Source: an uncultured archaeon
GTDB taxonomy: Archaea; Thermoproteota; Bathyarchaeia; Bathyarchaeales; Bathycorpusculaceae
Assembly (NCBI GenBank): GCA_963782915.1
Contig: CAWALK010000023.1
Coordinates: 1-64,000 of the forward strand
Length of the DNA: 64,000 nucleotides
Direction of reading: 5' to 3'
Positions 12,291 to 21,693 of this stretch are shown piece by piece. Within the stretch, counting starts at the first letter, position 1. Every line of letters starts with the position of its first letter. The position numbers and the translations under genes are program-made. The notes below the pieces were generated by a model. It searched no databases. It was not told the DNA's origin and saw nothing but the letters and a program-made list of their open reading frames with translations.

Positions 12291-12308
12291 ACTTAAAATA
12301 ATTTTTGT

Positions 12309-12711
12309 TTATGGTGTTTGGAATGTTATTTCGAGTTTTTGCTCGTTGAAGGTTATCTTGAAATGCGTAAAGATGTCTGCTCTGCCTAGTAGACGCGGGA
12401 CTTCATCTGAGTCAGCGAAAGCAGCATGTACCTCTAGTTCTTGGTCGCCGACCTTCATTTTGATGACGTGAACGTATGAGGGGAGTAGGGTTCTGCCCAC
12501 TCCCATGATTGGGTGGTATTCGCCTTGTGTCAGATTTAGCCCTAAAAGTTCAGCGTCATTTCTTCTAAACAAGGACAAGTCCGCCACTATCAATGTATGC
12601 CCGGAAAAGATGCCACTCCGTTGTGCCCTTAACCATTATCCTCGCTACAGGTCGCTGGATGATGCCTGTTTCGGTACTTTCAGGTAAATACTTGAAAACA
12701 AACCGCTTCAA
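12309..12711 (-). CDS. retropepsin-like aspartyl protease, frame broken at the catalytic motif
   Basis: TTG start overlaps the upstream stop. Reads MKRFVFKY...RPVARI...AYIDSG, then in another frame (A)DLSLF...PRLLGRADIF: D-S-G-A-D and LLGR motifs. Confidence 0.7.
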
Positions 12712-12947
12712 AGTATCAATTCATCCGAAACTTGGATGTAAAAAATTTCTAATTCCTCAGTTTTGGCTTCGGGGCACTTTTTCTTAGCGTTAAAGAGGGC
12801 TTCAGTTGACGTTCTGCCCGACGCCACGATTTTACCCTTATAGATTGTAACATCCTTTCCCCTGTATTTCTTGTATTCTTCTGGGGTTATATTGGGTGCT
12901 TCGATTATTATTTCGTCAGGCACAGGGTACACCTGATAGTAGGTCAT
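12708..12947 (-). CDS. DUF5678-like small protein
   Basis: KYRGKDVTIYKGKIVASGRT pattern. Confidence 0.7.
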   Translation of the reverse strand: MTYYQVYPVPDEIIIEAPNITPEEYKKYRGKDVTIYKGKIVASGRTSTEALFNAKKKCPEAKTEELEIFYIQVSDELIL

Positions 12948-13028
12948 GTTGGCATCAGGTATTAAGTTTAATGGCGAAAAGCTGCTCTGATTTCATGATT
13001 TTAGAAAAAAGGTGCTTCGCTTATACAT

Positions 13029-14345
13029 TTACTTGTAACGGTTGCTAAGCAGGGTTGACATTTTTCTCAGACGAATTCTACGTGTGCTGTAAATGATTGC
13101 TGCCGTTGTTAGAAACAAGAATACCGTCACTATTGTTATTGGGAATTCTGGGACTGTCGGCGATGGCTCAGGTATTGAGGTGACTTCTGGCAGTTTCGGT
13201 GCATCTGGGTTTGGTGATGTCATGATCGGCTGGAAGGTTACTGTGCCGAGGTTGAAGTCGTTTTTGGAATCATAGATAGATTGGGTAATGGCTGTCTCGT
13301 TGGTTGTTCCCCAGTAATTGTTGGGTATAGCTATGTTGGTTGCCAGACCCCATTGAAAATTTATGCCATTAGCGTATAAGTTGTTGTCTTCTATGGCTGG
13401 ATTGACTTGGCCACCGTGATTTTCGACAAAGATGCCTACTGTGTTGTTAGTTATCAAGTTCTCCAATACAATTGGTGCATTGCTTACGGTTGGGCTGCTA
13501 GCGGCTCTTATCACGATGCCATAGAGATTGTCGTAGATTGTGTTTCTATTAATTAGGGGAAAGCTAGCTGCTTGTGGTGTGTACACCCTGATGGCTTCCT
13601 CACAGCGCATTATGGTATTATTGGTTACAACAATATAGCCATAGCATGAAACGCCTGTATCCTGTTTATTACCAAACATTAGGTTGCCCCCTTGAATAAC
13701 ATTGTCTGCAATGGTTGCTACTTGATCTGGGCTTGATTCACTAATAACTGCCAGTACTGGCTGGTTTGCGCTTGGGGCTGCGCTTGCCGTGCCACTTATC
13801 CAGTTGCCAGAAACTATTGCTGCACCGACGACTTCCATGCCGCCTGAAAAGTTGTTATTGGTAACAATACTTGAGCCGCCAACAGAAAAAACGCCCAGCA
13901 CTGTACAATGATCTATCTTTACAATGGCATCGTTAACAACCAGTTTTGGTATGACGATTGCATATTGAATTACACAGCCACTTCCGGTTTGTTCGTTCCA
14001 ATCACTACATTTGGCTGTGAAAGTGATGCCTTGAGAGCTACCGCCATTGAACCGTATTCCATCTGTGTCTGTACCTTTGGCAATTAATGTGCCGTTTATT
14101 TGTATATAGTAATAGCCCAAGTTCACTGTGGTTCCAGCTTCGATTGTTAAAGTTACGCCTTCCTTAAGGCCCAAGGGACCAGTTAGGTTGTATGGGCTTC
14201 CAGCCTTAGTCCATATTGTATCAGCATCGATTAAACCACCTACGTTGGTGGCGCCTTGTGCAACTGCAGGGGACGAAAAAGCCGTTAATGGTAAAAAGGC
14301 GATGAATAGGCTGACAAAAAAAGTGAAAGCCCTTTTTGGTGTCAT
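13029..14345 (-). CDS. secreted right-handed beta-helix surface protein with PEF-type C-terminal sorting signal
   Basis: Signal peptide, WTKAGSPY, Asn-ladder repeats, NNYWGT, VPEFP + TM + RRIRLRK. Confidence 0.85.
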   Translation of the reverse strand: MTPKRAFTFFVSLFIAFLPLTAFSSPAVAQGATNVGGLIDADTIWTKAGSPYNLTGPLGLKEGVTLTIEAGTTVNLGYYYIQINGTLIAKGTDTDGIRFNGGSSQGITFTAKCSDWNEQTGSGCVIQYAIVIPKLVVNDAIVKIDHCTVLGVFSVGGSSIVTNNNFSGGMEVVGAAIVSGNWISGTASAAPSANQPVLAVISESSPDQVATIADNVIQGGNLMFGNKQDTGVSCYGYIVVTNNTIMRCEEAIRVYTPQAASFPLINRNTIYDNLYGIVIRAASSPTVSNAPIVLENLITNNTVGIFVENHGGQVNPAIEDNNLYANGINFQWGLATNIAIPNNYWGTTNETAITQSIYDSKNDFNLGTVTFQPIMTSPNPDAPKLPEVTSIPEPSPTVPEFPITIVTVFLFLTTAAIIYSTRRIRLRKMSTLLSNRYK

Positions 14346-14454
14346 GAATCAAAAAAAGAGGGCTTAACTTATAACGTTTACTTGTAGAGTTGCTAAACGG
14401 CTGTTTTTTTCCAAAATAGGTATGTTTTGGTTTGGTTTGCGAAGCTGAGCCGTT

Positions 14455-15050
14455 TTAGGGCTTCCGCAAGCTCTGCTGAGGTGCAGTTGGCGATTTTTCA
14501 GCGAATTCTCGGTGTTTGGGGTATGGGTTTGTGGTGTTGGCGAGTCTGCGTCTGATTCCGCCGTTGTGCTCTGAGAGTTCGGTTAGGATTGCGATGATTG
14601 GTTGGGTGCCTTTTTGCTCTATTTTGTGTTGGTTGTAGATTGCTGATCCCATAAGCGTGACTGTCAAATCCTAACTTTTCCAGCTTTGCGAGTGCTTCTG
14701 TGACGGTCTTGTTTGGTTTGCTTTCGGCAATTTTCTGCATGTCCTGCTTTTTCGAAGAACGGGTTGTACTTTGCCATGACTGCGACGGCTTCAACGTAAG
14801 GTGTCCCAGCAGAAAAGCAAGGTATCTCGAACCAGTTTCTCTCCCAAACCTATACTGCGGTACTTCGGTTGAATCACAACTCGGCTGACAACGCTGATGT
14901 CATGTTGCAACTGCTTCATGTCGCCATTCCAGACCTGTCTGCGCCCGAAAGTCATTGGCGGCGGATAGCAGTAGACGATGGCTCCGCACAGTTCGTTTTT
15001 GCGTTTTAGGGTGTAAGATTTTCTTGCTGGTGGGGTTCTGCCTGAGGCGT
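14455..15050 (-). pseudogene. degraded GNAT acetyltransferase (COG2401/Mom-like type)
   Basis: Manual translation: TLKRKNELCGAIVYCYPPP...ISVVSRVVIQPKYRSIGLGEKLVRDTL / GTPYVEAVAVMAKYNPFFEK; 5'-truncated with several indels. Confidence 0.65.
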
Positions 15051-15136
15051 GTTGTATTTGCTTCTTAAATGAACTTTTTTAGTTCAAGTTATAGGGGCAA
15101 TGGTTTGTGGAATCCCTGGTGTGTGCGCTTCCCTGG

Positions 15137-15406
15137 CTATTCGTATGCAGCTTCCCTTTCAGAGATTTTCAGAATAACAATTGTACCAGTTGCTTTATCC
15201 ACCGAAAACATCGTTCGCAAATCATCCGTGCGCAGTCGATACAGGTTTTTGAACCCCTGCATTTTAACAATGTCTAGATGCTTCTCAAACTCGGGGAATG
15301 TCTCCAAGCATAGAATATCCTCGAGTACATGACGCCGCTTCTTCTCATCCAAGTGGTCTAAGAATTTATCGGCTTTTCTGTGAACGCTTATGCGGTACCT
15401 TGCCAT
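15137..15406 (-). CDS. RelE/ParE family toxin
   Basis: YRISVHRKADKFL...YRLRTDDLRTMF...REAAY. Confidence 0.85.
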   Translation of the reverse strand: MARYRISVHRKADKFLDHLDEKKRRHVLEDILCLETFPEFEKHLDIVKMQGFKNLYRLRTDDLRTMFSVDKATGTIVILKISEREAAYE

Positions 15407-15635
15407 GCTTCTCTACTCCGTGCTTGGCTAGAACCTCTTCTAGTGGAATCAATTGACCTTCTGTGGCTTCCTTGCTTAGTATTTCCAGTTCTTTGATTTG
15501 TGTTGGGCTAAGCTCATTTACCTCTGGAATCAAAGACTCAAGTAAAGCATCAAGCGACTTCTCGATGGTTTTTAGTTCGAGTCGCATGCGTTTGACTTCT
15601 TCGTAGACTTTATCTATACTGACTTCAGTGGTCAA
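15366..15635 (-). CDS. putative RelB-like antitoxin
   Basis: TTG start after GAGAGGG; acidic with IPLEEV motif; overlaps the toxin start. Confidence 0.7.
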   Translation of the reverse strand: MTTEVSIDKVYEEVKRMRLELKTIEKSLDALLESLIPEVNELSPTQIKELEILSKEATEGQLIPLEEVLAKHGVEKHGKVPHKRSQKSR

Positions 15636-15735
15636 ATGCACCCTCTCAAAACAATTACCGCCCCCCAACCTAATAACTTTAACCAGATTACGCGTTTTAT
15701 TGTTTGGGGCAGGTGGGTGGCGGTTTGGGCTCGGA

Positions 15736-16272
15736 TTATTTGTTTCGGTGTTGATTTATGGATTTGGCGGCGTCTAGTATTTCCTGTGCCTGTTTGGGGT
15801 TGAGCTTGAATTTTCTTTTACCTAACTCTTCCATTACAGTTCCCAGCTCAGTTAGGGTCATCAGGTTTCTGCTTAAGGCTTCAAGAAGCAGGTTCCAGGT
15901 GTCCCAGGTTTTCAAACCGTACATCTCAGCTATTCTGGAAAGAGCTGTGTCGTCTGAGAGGAACAACGCTTTTTTCTTCTCTGCTAAGAGGATTACTTGG
16001 GCGTCAGCATTTGAAATTCCTTCGCCGTCAGCTAATTTTTCAGCCTGTTTATTTGTAAGCGCAGGTAAGGTTTCCACTTTAAGCCAGCCATCTTGGAAGG
16101 CTTTGCCAACTATTTCTGCGTCTGGACATTTTCGGCGAATGCCTTCGTCGACAACCTCAATTTTAACGCTGGGTATCACCTGTACCGTGCCGAAAAGTTG
16201 CTGAAGAATCTGGAGCCTGTTTATTTGTGCTAGGTGAATAAGCGGTCCCGAGTCAGAGACAACAGTATGCAA
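15736..16272 (-). CDS. PIN-domain protein (DUF3368/COG2405-like toxin)
   Basis: VVSDSGPLIHL, ADAQVILLA, LSDD. Confidence 0.85.
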   Translation of the reverse strand: MHTVVSDSGPLIHLAQINRLQILQQLFGTVQVIPSVKIEVVDEGIRRKCPDAEIVGKAFQDGWLKVETLPALTNKQAEKLADGEGISNADAQVILLAEKKKALFLSDDTALSRIAEMYGLKTWDTWNLLLEALSRNLMTLTELGTVMEELGKRKFKLNPKQAQEILDAAKSINQHRNK

Positions 16273-16278
16273 TGGGGC

Positions 16279-16587
16279 TTATGCTCCGTACTTTTCTTCC
16301 ATGTACCGTTTTATGCTGTTGTCATCCCAGTTTATCGGAATGTTTTCGGCTTCGAGAAGTTCTAGGAATTCTCGCAGTGTGATTCCTAAAAGTTCTGCGG
16401 CGCATCGTTGGGTTAATTTGCCTTTTTTATAGAACCCTATTACTCGTTGGCGTAGGCCGTCTTCTATGAATTCTTTGAGCAGAGTGCTGCGGTCGACTTT
16501 TTCGAGTGTTTGGACGGCTTCGACGCGGCTTAGGTTGCGTTTAGATAAGCGTATGGTGACGATGCTGTTTTGTTCGGTTTCAGCCAT
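16279..16587 (-). CDS. UPF0175 family antitoxin (RHH + HTH)
   Basis: VTIRLS...DRSTLLKE; YKKGKLT..AAELLGITLREF. Confidence 0.85.
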   Translation of the reverse strand: MAETEQNSIVTIRLSKRNLSRVEAVQTLEKVDRSTLLKEFIEDGLRQRVIGFYKKGKLTQRCAAELLGITLREFLELLEAENIPINWDDNSIKRYMEEKYGA

Positions 16588-16606
16588 GTTTTCCACCAAC
16601 CATAAG

Positions 16607-16623
16607 AATACATTGTAATACAT
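16607..16623. promoter_or_regulatory. possible autoregulatory operator of the UPF0175/PIN operon
   Basis: AATACAT direct repeat with 10-bp period, overlapping palindrome TACA-T-TGTA, about 20 nt upstream of the antitoxin start. Confidence 0.35.
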
Positions 16624-16739
16624 AAAATTTGCTGTAAAGGCTCCAGAGTATGTGCAGCTAACGATGACTATCCATGATCCCGTCCTTCGGTAAACTGCAA
16701 AACTATATAAGCTAACTTATCGACTTAAAGAATTGGCGG

Positions 16740-18704
16740 TTGCTAATGCGAAAACTGCAATTAATAACGTCAATTTTGTTGTTTATCAGCCTATTTACTG
16801 CTTCCATAGCTTTACCTGAGCCCATCTCAGCGGAACCTACGCGTTATAAGGTTTCCGGGTACATTTTGGATTCAAGCGGTCACGGATTAGCCGGCGCTAG
16901 TGTGATTTTTAATGTTCCCCAAACTGTTCCAAGCACCACGTCTAACGGCACAGGCTACTATGAGATGTTAGCTCCGGCAGGAACTTACCACCTTAACGTG
17001 TGGCCACCGTACAATTCAAATTACCTAAATTATGATGAACCCAATTTGGTTGTCAATGCAGATATCCCCAAAAACATAACCCTTGAGACCGGCTGCAAAG
17101 TGTCAGGCTACATCACAAACGCTTCGGGAACACCGATGGTTGGCGCTTCCGTCCTCTTTAAAGTCGGCAACACAGTTTACGGTTCAGGATACTTCACCAA
17201 CTCCGCAGGCTACTACTACATAACCGTGCCGGCGGGAACCTACACAATCGATGCCCACCCCCAAACAGCCTACAACCCCAACTATAGCGGCCCCTGCACT
17301 TACTTCCCCACCTATACACAGAACAATTTTGCCGTCAACGGCAACTTGGCCAAAAACATCACTGTAGGCCCTCCGATCTCTAACAAGGTTTCAGGCTACA
17401 TACTAGATTCAGACGGTCATGGCATCGCAGGTGCAATGGTGATCTTTAACGTACCCGACATCGTTCCGGCCGTATATTCAGATAACTCCGGCTACTACCA
17501 AATGTTTGCCCCATCAGGCACCTACCACCTCAACGTTTGGCCGCCCTATAATACCAACTACATGAGCTATGACCAAGCAGCCTTCACCGTAACCATAGAT
17601 ACGGCAAAAAACATCACCCTTAACTCAGGTTACAAAGTGTACGGTTTTGTTACCGACTCAAACGGGGCACCGATGGCGGGCGCAGTCGTTGCATTAGGCG
17701 ATTACTGCTCCGGCTGGTACACCAACAGCACAGGATACTACTTTGTAACCGTGCCTGCAGGAACATATACGATACAAGCTCACCCCAGAACAGGCACTTT
17801 TTCCGGTCCCACAAGCAACTTCCAAACCTACACCGAAAACAACTTTGCCGTCAACAATAACACACTCAAAAACATCATCGTAACCACCCAAACCTCCACT
17901 CCAACACCGACAACTAACCCGACAAACCAACCCAACCCCACAAGCAACCCAACCCAAAACCCCACACCAACAACTACACCCAACCCAACCCTACCCCCAA
18001 CACAAATATCGATCCAAACAGACACATCAGCATTCAAAGTAGGCTCAAAACTAAACATAGAAGGCACACTAACAACCCAAAACGGCAACCCCCTAGCCGA
18101 CAAAACAGTCATCCTATCCTACTCCATCGGCAACCAAGGCAACTGGTTCGACATCGGCTCAGGCAAAACCAACCCTTCAGGACAATACAGCATACAGTGG
18201 CTAATCGAAGCCTCAGGCACATTCACACTCAAAGCAGTCTACCCAGGCGACAGCAGCCTATCCGGCTCAGAAGATACCATAACCCTTAGCTTCTTACCCG
18301 TTCAAAACGAAAACGTCTTCTTTGTAGAATCAAACAGCACCGTAACGGCACTCGACTTCAACAGCCAAACCCTAACACTGGCCTTCACAGTCAGCGGCCC
18401 CAACGGAACCAAAGGCCACACCACCGTCACCATAGCAGACTCCCTAATCTCCAACTTCACCGGATTCAGTCTAACTCTTGATGGCAACAAATTAGACTAT
18501 ACCGTGAACCAGGTGGATGACTACTGGATACTATCGTTTAATTATAGCCACAGTACACACCAAGTTACAATAGGCTTAACTTCAGATGCAAGACAGGGCC
18601 AAACAACCATCGACACAACCATTCTACTGGTAGTATCAGCTATTATAGTCGCTATTGGCTTAGCCGGCGTGTTGGTTTATAGAAGTGCCAAGAAAAACCG
18701 CTAG
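16740..18704 (+). CDS. surface protein with four carboxypeptidase-regulatory-like beta-sandwich repeats (ABAB), P/T/N linker, Ig-like domain and C-terminal TM
   Basis: Repeated KVSGYILDS.GHG.AGA.VIFNVP...GTYHLNVWPP and KV.G..T..G.PM.GA...VPAGTYTI. Confidence 0.85.
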   Translation: MLMRKLQLITSILLFISLFTASIALPEPISAEPTRYKVSGYILDSSGHGLAGASVIFNVPQTVPSTTSNGTGYYEMLAPAGTYHLNVWPPYNSNYLNYDEPNLVVNADIPKNITLETGCKVSGYITNASGTPMVGASVLFKVGNTVYGSGYFTNSAGYYYITVPAGTYTIDAHPQTAYNPNYSGPCTYFPTYTQNNFAVNGNLAKNITVGPPISNKVSGYILDSDGHGIAGAMVIFNVPDIVPAVYSDNSGYYQMFAPSGTYHLNVWPPYNTNYMSYDQAAFTVTIDTAKNITLNSGYKVYGFVTDSNGAPMAGAVVALGDYCSGWYTNSTGYYFVTVPAGTYTIQAHPRTGTFSGPTSNFQTYTENNFAVNNNTLKNIIVTTQTSTPTPTTNPTNQPNPTSNPTQNPTPTTTPNPTLPPTQISIQTDTSAFKVGSKLNIEGTLTTQNGNPLADKTVILSYSIGNQGNWFDIGSGKTNPSGQYSIQWLIEASGTFTLKAVYPGDSSLSGSEDTITLSFLPVQNENVFFVESNSTVTALDFNSQTLTLAFTVSGPNGTKGHTTVTIADSLISNFTGFSLTLDGNKLDYTVNQVDDYWILSFNYSHSTHQVTIGLTSDARQGQTTIDTTILLVVSAIIVAIGLAGVLVYRSAKKNR

Positions 18705-18727
18705 CCATTGCCTATTTGATGGCTAGG

Positions 18728-19045
18728 TTATGCAATGTCTACTACGGTTCTATCAACCTGTGTGGTATCGCTGGTTTTAGGGTATGCACCTGATTGGGGT
18801 TGTTCTGCATAGGTCACTTCGAGGTTGATTGAGCCGGTAATTTTCGCTTTAGCCGTTCCCGTATCCAATGTGAGGTCTTGAAAGCTTAATTTTAGGGTGG
18901 ATTGTGTGCCGGCAAGGCGGTCCATGATCGGAACCAAGTTGTCCGCCAGATTTTTGATTGCTTTCTCCAAGTTTTCTACGGCGTTTTGGGTTATTTTGGG
19001 AATTCTTGTCGCAGCCTCTTGGGCTGATTTAGATACGTTCTCCAT
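18728..19045 (-). CDS. hypothetical protein
   Basis: ORF, probable ATG at 19045. Confidence 0.55.
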   Translation of the reverse strand: MENVSKSAQEAATRIPKITQNAVENLEKAIKNLADNLVPIMDRLAGTQSTLKLSFQDLTLDTGTAKAKITGSINLEVTYAEQPQSGAYPKTSDTTQVDRTVVDIA

Positions 19046-19211
19046 AAAAAATCCCATATAACTGATTCTTTCTGAGTTATTTAACTGTGCAGTATGGTTA
19101 CATAACCAGCCAAGCAATTGCGCCGTGGAAGATTTTATTAACTATTCAGGTCCTAACTACATATGAGGCAATATGCGTTGAATGCCTCCATACCTAATTC
19201 TCAAACAGTAA

Positions 19212-21188
19212 ATGCAACAAATAAACAGCGGACCCCAAATCGGAGGTCACCCCTATGAGCCTTCAGAAGAAAATACTAAACTCCTCGCGTTAGCTGAGCA
19301 AGTGGCACATTTCGGCAGTTGGGAATGGGACGTCACAAAGCCCCGGGCAATTTGGTCCAAAGAAATGTTCTGCATCTTCGGATTAGAACCCCAAACTGAA
19401 GGATTAACACTTGAAGAATTCCGCAGCTTCATCCACCCCGACGACATAGAAGAAGTAACACAAAAAATGCAAAACGCCTTCAACAAAACAAAACTCAACC
19501 AGAAAGGCGAACTCGACTACCGTATAATCCGCCACGACGGATCAGTACGCACAATTCATTCCCAGCGCCAAGTAAAAGAACTCACAGAAGATGGCAAACT
19601 AAAAGTTGTCGTAGGCGTTGACCAAGACGTAACCGAGCAGAGGTACGCAGCTCAGGTTTCAGCTGAAAGCACAAAACTTCTCGCCCTTGCTGAGGTAGTG
19701 GCGCATTTCGGCAGCTGGCAACTCGACATCACCCAGACATACGCAACTTGGTCCCCGGGAATGTTTCGCATCTTCGGAGTCGAACCCGAACCTAAAGGAT
19801 TCACATGGGAAGAATACCTCAGCTTCATCCACCCCCAAGACCGAGAAGCAGCCTCAAAAAACGCACAGACCATGCTAAACTCACACCTAAACCACCACGA
19901 AAGCTTCGATTACCGCATAATCCGAGGCGACGGCGCAATACGCATCCTGCACGCTCAACGCCAAGTAAGAGAAGTGGATGCATCAGGCAAAGCCAAAATC
20001 GTCCTCGGCGTCGACCAAGACGTAACAGAGCAGCGCCAAGCCGAAGAAGACCTTAAAAGAAGCGAGGAACGCTTCCGAGTTGTCGCTGAAGCCGCTAACG
20101 TGATGGTCTACGAAATCGATGTACCGACAAGAAAAGTACATTTCATCAAAGGAGCCCAACCGCTAATCGGCTATGAACCCCAAGAAGTCGGCCCAACACT
20201 CGATTGGGTTACACAGCGAATCCACCCCGATGACCTCCCACACGTAACCGATGCATGGAACCAAGTAGTAAACAACCCCAACAACGACAAATACGCCGTT
20301 GAATACCGGTTCCGGCACAAAAACGGCAACTACATAATCGTCAAAGACACCGCCAAAGCCATCAAAGACCAAAACGGCAAAACCATAAGCTTCATCGGCG
20401 GAGTCCGAGACATCACACAACGCAGACGCGATAAAGAAGAAATCGAGCAATACAGCAAACACCTCGAACAACTAGTAGAAGAACGCACCAAACAACTCAT
20501 AACATACGAACGATTCGCCGCCATCGGCCAAGTCGCAGGCATGGTAGGCCACGACATCCGCAACCCACTACAAACCCTAACAAGCGAAGTCTACCTGCTA
20601 AAAACCGACTTAACCAGTCTACCCGAAAACGACGCATCAGCAGACATGAAAGAAAGCCTCGAAAGCATAGAGCACAACATAGGCTACATCAACAAAATCG
20701 TCGCCGACCTACAAGACTACTCCAGACAACTAAAACCAGAATACACCCAAGTAGACTTAGAAGACCTAATCACCCACACCTTTGAAACCATCGCAGTCCC
20801 CAACAAAATAGCACTCTCATTCAAACTCAAAATGCTACCCAAAATCAAAGCAGACCCAACATTCATCAGACGCGCCCTAACAAACCTCGTCAACAACGCC
20901 ATCCAAGCAATGCCCGACGGCGGAAAACTCGAAATCGCAGGCTACACCCACGACGGCTTTGTCAGCCTTACGGTTGCTGATACAGGTGTAGGCATCTCTG
21001 AAGAAGTTAAATCCAAACTTTTTACGCCCATGTACACCACCAAAGCCAAGGGGCAAGGGTTGGGGTTGGCAGTGGTAAAGCGTTTGGTGGAGGCACAGGG
21101 TGGGAATGTCTATTTTGAGAGCGAAATGGGTAAGGGCACAAAATTCATCATGAAACTACCCTTGAATCGAACTGACCAATCCGCTTAA
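19212..21188 (+). CDS. cytoplasmic multi-PAS sensor histidine kinase
   Basis: Three PAS/PAC domains (two near-duplicate TKLLALAE.VAHFGSW units), H-box GHDIRNPL, N-box NLVNNAIQA, DTGVG, GQGLGL. Confidence 0.93.
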   Translation: MQQINSGPQIGGHPYEPSEENTKLLALAEQVAHFGSWEWDVTKPRAIWSKEMFCIFGLEPQTEGLTLEEFRSFIHPDDIEEVTQKMQNAFNKTKLNQKGELDYRIIRHDGSVRTIHSQRQVKELTEDGKLKVVVGVDQDVTEQRYAAQVSAESTKLLALAEVVAHFGSWQLDITQTYATWSPGMFRIFGVEPEPKGFTWEEYLSFIHPQDREAASKNAQTMLNSHLNHHESFDYRIIRGDGAIRILHAQRQVREVDASGKAKIVLGVDQDVTEQRQAEEDLKRSEERFRVVAEAANVMVYEIDVPTRKVHFIKGAQPLIGYEPQEVGPTLDWVTQRIHPDDLPHVTDAWNQVVNNPNNDKYAVEYRFRHKNGNYIIVKDTAKAIKDQNGKTISFIGGVRDITQRRRDKEEIEQYSKHLEQLVEERTKQLITYERFAAIGQVAGMVGHDIRNPLQTLTSEVYLLKTDLTSLPENDASADMKESLESIEHNIGYINKIVADLQDYSRQLKPEYTQVDLEDLITHTFETIAVPNKIALSFKLKMLPKIKADPTFIRRALTNLVNNAIQAMPDGGKLEIAGYTHDGFVSLTVADTGVGISEEVKSKLFTPMYTTKAKGQGLGLAVVKRLVEAQGGNVYFESEMGKGTKFIMKLPLNRTDQSA

Positions 21189-21217
21189 CCTCTGCACAGA
21201 TGCCAATGCGCTTTTAT

Positions 21218-21340
21218 TTAGAACGTTTTGAAGTGTGTCCCACACTGATTACAACAATACGCCGCAACATTGAACGCTATAGTTTCAAACTTTTTCTCAG
21301 GGCTGCACAGCCATTTACCGCATTTAGGACAATACGCCAC
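21218..21340 (-). CDS. 40-aa zinc-ribbon microprotein, copy B
   Basis: GTG start after GAGAGG; MAYCPKCGKWLCSPEKKFETIAFNVAAYCCNQCGTHFKTF. Confidence 0.7.
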   Translation of the reverse strand: MAYCPKCGKWLCSPEKKFETIAFNVAAYCCNQCGTHFKTF

Positions 21341-21416
21341 GTATACCTCTCTCTTGGCGGTGCGAAGCAGAAGGTAAAATATAAGATTATGTGGCACCCA
21401 AAAGCAGCAGCATGAG

Positions 21417-21539
21417 CTAATATGTTACCTTGAATTTTCGTCCACATTTATCGCAAATATAGGCTTCTACGCGGAAAACAGCATTTTCTAATTTCCGATT
21501 GGGTTCCAAACGTTTTCCGCAACTTTGGCATTTCATCAT
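21417..21539 (-). CDS. 40-aa zinc-ribbon microprotein, copy A
   Basis: MMKCQSCGKRLEPNRKLENAVFRVEAYICDKCGRKFKVTY; paralogous to 21218-21340. Confidence 0.7.
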   Translation of the reverse strand: MMKCQSCGKRLEPNRKLENAVFRVEAYICDKCGRKFKVTY

Positions 21540-21693
21540 TTCTTGAAATCACAATAAAGGTCTGGCATTGGAATAAAAAAATTTGTAGGCGGCCTGTGCC
21601 TACCACATTGAAACATATTATACCGTATTCCACGAATCGCTTGATACAAACTGTTAATAAACTGACAACGCAAAGTGTTAGTTGCTGATTTTT

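Noticed and set aside
17890-18000. CA-rich quasi-repeats as a CRISPR array or tandem repeat
   Set aside because: They encode the Pro/Thr/Asn linker of the surface protein; there are no fixed repeats with spacers
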